A stretch of DNA of 27,903 nucleotides. Source: an uncultured virus (IMG/VR IMGVR_UViG_3300011113_000755). The stretch is taken from positions 1 to 27,903 of the IMG/VR virus record IMGVR_UViG_3300011113_000755; one strand, written 5' to 3'. The notes beneath the pieces are model-generated. The model had not been told where the DNA came from. It saw only the letters and a list, made by a program, of their open reading frames with translations, and did no database searches. The position numbers were made by a program, and so were the translations under genes. This document shows positions 25,340 through 27,903 of this stretch, in pieces (within the stretch, counting starts at the first letter, position 1; every line of letters starts with the position of its first letter).

Positions 25340-25582
25340 ATGCAACAAGGCTCAACAATTCCCTCTTTAGGCACTAATCAACGCAATCTTTATTTGTATT
25401 TTCTCAATCATCGTAAAAAACATAAAAGCACTCCCTGCTATGTACCAAGAGCCTCTGGCAAGGGAAGCCTCATCCTTGATTATCTTTCCTGCATAGAAAG
25501 CTGCGAAAAGAAAGGGCTTTTCAAAGTAGATAGAACTGCTCCTAATTACACCGGCTGGATTCTCCTTCCCATCGAACCATGA
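25340..25582 (+). CDS. Hypothetical protein (winged-helix-like?)
   Basis: LGTNQRNLYLYF...EKKGLFKV. Confidence 0.6.
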   Translation: MQQGSTIPSLGTNQRNLYLYFLNHRKKHKSTPCYVPRASGKGSLILDYLSCIESCEKKGLFKVDRTAPNYTGWILLPIEP

Positions 25583-25848
25583 CCTTCCTCTCCCCGACCA
25601 TCCCCACCGTCCATCTCAACGGCACTGGTGGCACCTCCCTGCGTGATGAATACGCTGCTGCCTACGATGCCATCGACAAGGCAATTAGGGCATTGGGCGA
25701 CGCTACGTGCAACGCTCGCGATTTTTACCTCCAGTCGGCTGATGCCTACTACCAGGCCAGAGACGAGCGCCGCGAGGCGCTGGGCCATCTCCTAGCAGTG
25801 CGGGACTACACAGGCCGCATCCTGGAAGGCATTTGTGACCAAATGTGA
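25579..25848 (+). other. Hypothetical protein
   Basis: PTVHLNGT...NARDFY motif; ATGA coupling. Confidence 0.7.
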
Positions 25849-25864
25849 AGCAAACGGCCATGGC

Positions 25865-25920
25865 TTGACAGGGGCGGCGAAATCATCTAACTTTTATTTC
25901 GTCAGGGGCGGCGACGCCCC
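25865..25920 (+). promoter_or_regulatory. Early promoter cassette with 5' hairpin
   Basis: TTGACA, 17 bp, TAACTT; GGGGCG-GCGA-CGCCCC. Confidence 0.7.
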
Positions 25921-25936
25921 ACTCTCCGAACAAGCC

Positions 25937-26296
25937 ATGACCACTTTCACCACCACCTGCGCCTGCCCCAACTGCGGCGGCACTGGCAAGCTGCCCCACT
26001 ACAACCACATCGCTAACGGTGATTGCTTTGCCTGCGGCGGCACTGGCTCCCTCACGTTCTCCGACTTCATCGGCACCAACCGTGACGTGGCCCTGGATGT
26101 GATGCTCCGCAACGGCAAATTCTGGTATGCCACGCTCCGTTGCCGCACCTGGAAGAACCGCACCAGCCCCTCCCATGGCGCAACCAAGGAATGGGGCCGC
26201 GATCTTTGGTGCAAGGAGATCAACGATGCAGACGAGGCCCGTGCCATCTGGCGTACCGCTAAGCAAAACGGCATCCTCACCTCCTGCGGCGAATAG
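25937..26296 (+). CDS. DnaJ-type Zn-finger (CxxCxGxG x2) protein
   Basis: CPNCGGTG...CFACGGTG; ATG 25937 follows the promoter cassette. Confidence 0.75.
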   Translation: MTTFTTTCACPNCGGTGKLPHYNHIANGDCFACGGTGSLTFSDFIGTNRDVALDVMLRNGKFWYATLRCRTWKNRTSPSHGATKEWGRDLWCKEINDADEARAIWRTAKQNGILTSCGE

Positions 26297-26305
26297 GCCA
26301 AGCAA

Positions 26306-26362
26306 GGGGCTGGACAACCAGCCCCGAAACGACTATTATTTCGGGCATGGGCAGCGATGCCC
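26306..26362 (+). promoter_or_regulatory. Early promoter cassette with 5' hairpin
   Basis: GGGGCTGG-ACAA-CCAGCCCC; TGGACA, 17 bp, TATTAT; GGGCA-GCGA-TGCCC. Confidence 0.65.
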
Positions 26363-26381
26363 TCCCTTCGTTTTTCAAACC

Positions 26382-26642
26382 ATGACCTCCTTCTCCTTCA
26401 AAGTCGATGCTGGTGGCATCATCATCCGCCACACTGAAGACCAGCTCCTGAGCCTCGTAGCTGCTTTCATCGTTGAAGGCAAGCCTGGTGCAACGCTTTT
26501 GCTCCCCTCTCTGGCCTGGCTGCGTAAAGCAGAAGATGGCCGCATTCTCATGGGTCGTGACGGTTCCATTGGCACCCGCCTGCACAATGAAACCAGCGAC
26601 GACATTGTTGCTCGCATTAAGCGTTGGAGCCGAACCCTGTGA
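26382..26642 (+). CDS. Hypothetical protein
   Basis: ATG 26382 follows the promoter cassette. Confidence 0.65.
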   Translation: MTSFSFKVDAGGIIIRHTEDQLLSLVAAFIVEGKPGATLLLPSLAWLRKAEDGRILMGRDGSIGTRLHNETSDDIVARIKRWSRTL

Positions 26643-26824
26643 CCGCCATCCACATCCTTGCCATCAGCAATAGGGGCCGATCTCGCATTGGCTCCGCTCC
26701 CATCGCTGCCATCGTTGAACAAGACCATCACGACAAGCTTTTTATTGTTATCAATGAAAGTCAATGTCGATGGATAAAGAAAATTAACGATCCTGACTTC
26801 CAAATTATTGGTGACCATCAATGA
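26639..26824 (+). CDS. Hypothetical protein
   Basis: GTGA-coupled; ISNRGRSRIG...RWIKKINDPDF. Confidence 0.6.
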   Translation: MTAIHILAISNRGRSRIGSAPIAAIVEQDHHDKLFIVINESQCRWIKKINDPDFQIIGDHQ

Positions 26825-27126
26825 TCACTACCATCCTTACTTTCCAAGACAATGGCCCTTATTTTGATTGCTCAAGAGGCAGCTACCAAGCTGCCTCGCT
26901 CAAGGAACTGATTTTCCACATTCGCTTGGCCATGGACGATGGCGAACACATCATTGGCATCTTTGGCCCTGATGGCGCCTGCAAGGGCATCTGGCAGCGG
27001 GAGATCGAGGGGCACGTAGATAGCGCAGGCGATTCTATCGTGGATCACGATGCCTATACACTGCTCCGCCCTTCCACCAAGAGCCAATGGACTTGGCAAT
27101 ATCTTCTTTCTGAACTGCAACCATGA
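26821..27126 (+). CDS. Hypothetical protein
   Basis: ATGA-coupled ORF of 101 aa. Confidence 0.65.
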   Translation: MITTILTFQDNGPYFDCSRGSYQAASLKELIFHIRLAMDDGEHIIGIFGPDGACKGIWQREIEGHVDSAGDSIVDHDAYTLLRPSTKSQWTWQYLLSELQP

Positions 27127-27281
27127 TTCTCATTGATTTCTTTGATGAAGCATCCTGCAAAGGCACTGAACTCATCGAAGGCTGGTATTTCTACAGCGAT
27201 AGTGATGAAAGTATTGTTGGAGGCCCGTTTGAAAGTGAAGAGGCGGCCATTCAGGCCGCCTTTGATGGACATGGTTGGTGA
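27123..27281 (+). CDS. Small acidic protein (52 aa, GWYF...GPFESEEAA)
   Basis: ATGA-coupled, translated by hand. Confidence 0.6.
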   Translation: MILIDFFDEASCKGTELIEGWYFYSDSDESIVGGPFESEEAAIQAAFDGHGW

Positions 27282-27443
27282 TTAATTATCAGGCTCTAAA
27301 TTGCCTGCTTCCATCATTTCATCGCGCAACTGTTGCATTAATAAATCTTCTGAGCGCTCCAGAAGCTTGTTCAATGCATCAATGCGCTGCTTTTCAGCCT
27401 TAGTGGCAATGGCGTAGCGTCCCATTGGAGAAAGGAACGGCAT
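27282..27443 (-). CDS. Small hypothetical protein (53 aa)
   Basis: ATG 27443, convergent with an abutting stop; GGCTAAACT -10-like element upstream. Confidence 0.45.
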   Translation of the reverse strand: MPFLSPMGRYAIATKAEKQRIDALNKLLERSEDLLMQQLRDEMMEAGNLEPDN

Positions 27444-27498
27444 GGCAATCTTGCGAAGGACAGCTCAGTTTAGCCTCAATGGGAGAATGCGTCAAGGC

Positions 27499-27612
27499 CC
27501 GGCCAAGAGGGTATAAAATCCGGCTGAAGATGTATTGGATCCGGCCAGCATCCTAAAAGACCCGGCCAGCTTCGTATTTAAGACCCGGCCAGCTCGGTAT
27601 TGCACTCCCCGG
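27499..27612. repeat. Degenerate tandem repeats of about 21-24 bp (CCGGCCAG...GTATT)
   Basis: CCGG cores at 27499, 27520, 27541, 27562, 27585 and 27609. Confidence 0.75.
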
Positions 27613-27628
27613 ATTTTAATTTTCCGCC

Positions 27629-27795
27629 CTTAACCTTCCTTAACCTGTTCTTAACCTGTTCTTAACCTAGTACAAATGTACCATCCTTAACCTTTTCTTA
27701 ACCTTCTCTTAACCTAGTCTTAACCTTCTTTTAATCTAGTACAAACGTACTGCCCTTAACCTTTCCTTAACCTCCTCTTAACCTTGCCTTAATCT
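27629..27795. repeat. Helically phased CTTAACCT array
   Basis: 11 exact copies plus 2 TTAATCT variants at 10-11 bp spacing, in three blocks separated by AGTAC-AAA-YGTAC palindromes. Confidence 0.9.
27669..27751. promoter_or_regulatory. Two cyanobacterial LexA-box-like palindromes
   Basis: AGTACAAATGTACC (27669-27682) and AGTACAAACGTACT (27738-27751), compared with the consensus RGTACNNNDGTWCB. Confidence 0.5.
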
Positions 27796-27832
27796 TTACA
27801 CTTTTAACGTTTCGCAATATATACCCAACCCG

Positions 27833-27903
27833 CCGCGCCAGTTCTTCACCCTTACTCTCCCGCGCTAGTTCTTCACTCTTACTCTCCCGCGCTAGTTCTT
27901 CAC
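27833..27903. repeat. 27-bp tandem repeat, truncated by the window end
   Basis: CCGCGCYAGTTCTTCACYCTTACTCTC at 27833, 27860 and 27887 (partial). Confidence 0.9.

Noticed and set aside
27669-27751. NtcA binding sites
   Set aside because: The spacing is GTA-N6-TAC, not GTA-N8-TAC.
27499-27903. CRISPR array
   Set aside because: The repeats are adjacent or separated by only 2-3 bp, with no unique spacers of 25-45 bp. The only Cas4-like gene is an ordinary phage exonuclease.
27866-27903. Terminal redundancy with the window start (TAGTTCTTCACT vs TAGTCCCCTTCACT)
   Set aside because: The similarity is short and gapped, with no true overlap; probably coincidental.

Overview
This is a gene-dense segment of a tailed dsDNA phage genome, most likely a cyanophage of picocyanobacteria. 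The host is inferred from the ThyX variant, the tail-protein families, pyrimidine-rich leaders without Shine-Dalgarno sites and cyanobacterial LexA-like boxes. From left to right: a tyrosine recombinase with an att-like palindrome and a small cassette-like ORF (1-1047); a tail or fibre module with an internal two-gene duplication (1114-5668); an inverted lysis cassette with a GH73 + L,D-transpeptidase endolysin (5843-7594); an HNH nuclease; a leftward nucleotide and recombination operon (DUF3310, thyX, dcd, PD-(D/E)XK nucleases, SSB-like, Sak-like, RHH regulator; 8157-14553); a divergent primase-helicase (14708-16717); many small middle and early ORFs, including RlpA, a GIY-YIG homing endonuclease and DUF932; and a terminal non-coding block of three helically phased repeat arrays (27499-27903). 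The most interesting unexplained structures are (i) a tandem pair of structured, apparently independently transcribed ncRNAs at about 21390-21630, (ii) an integron-like arrangement upstream of the recombinase, (iii) repeated early-promoter cassettes with GMGA-loop hairpins, and (iv) LexA-like boxes inside the terminal repeat array. All family calls are by motif recognition only; no searches were run.
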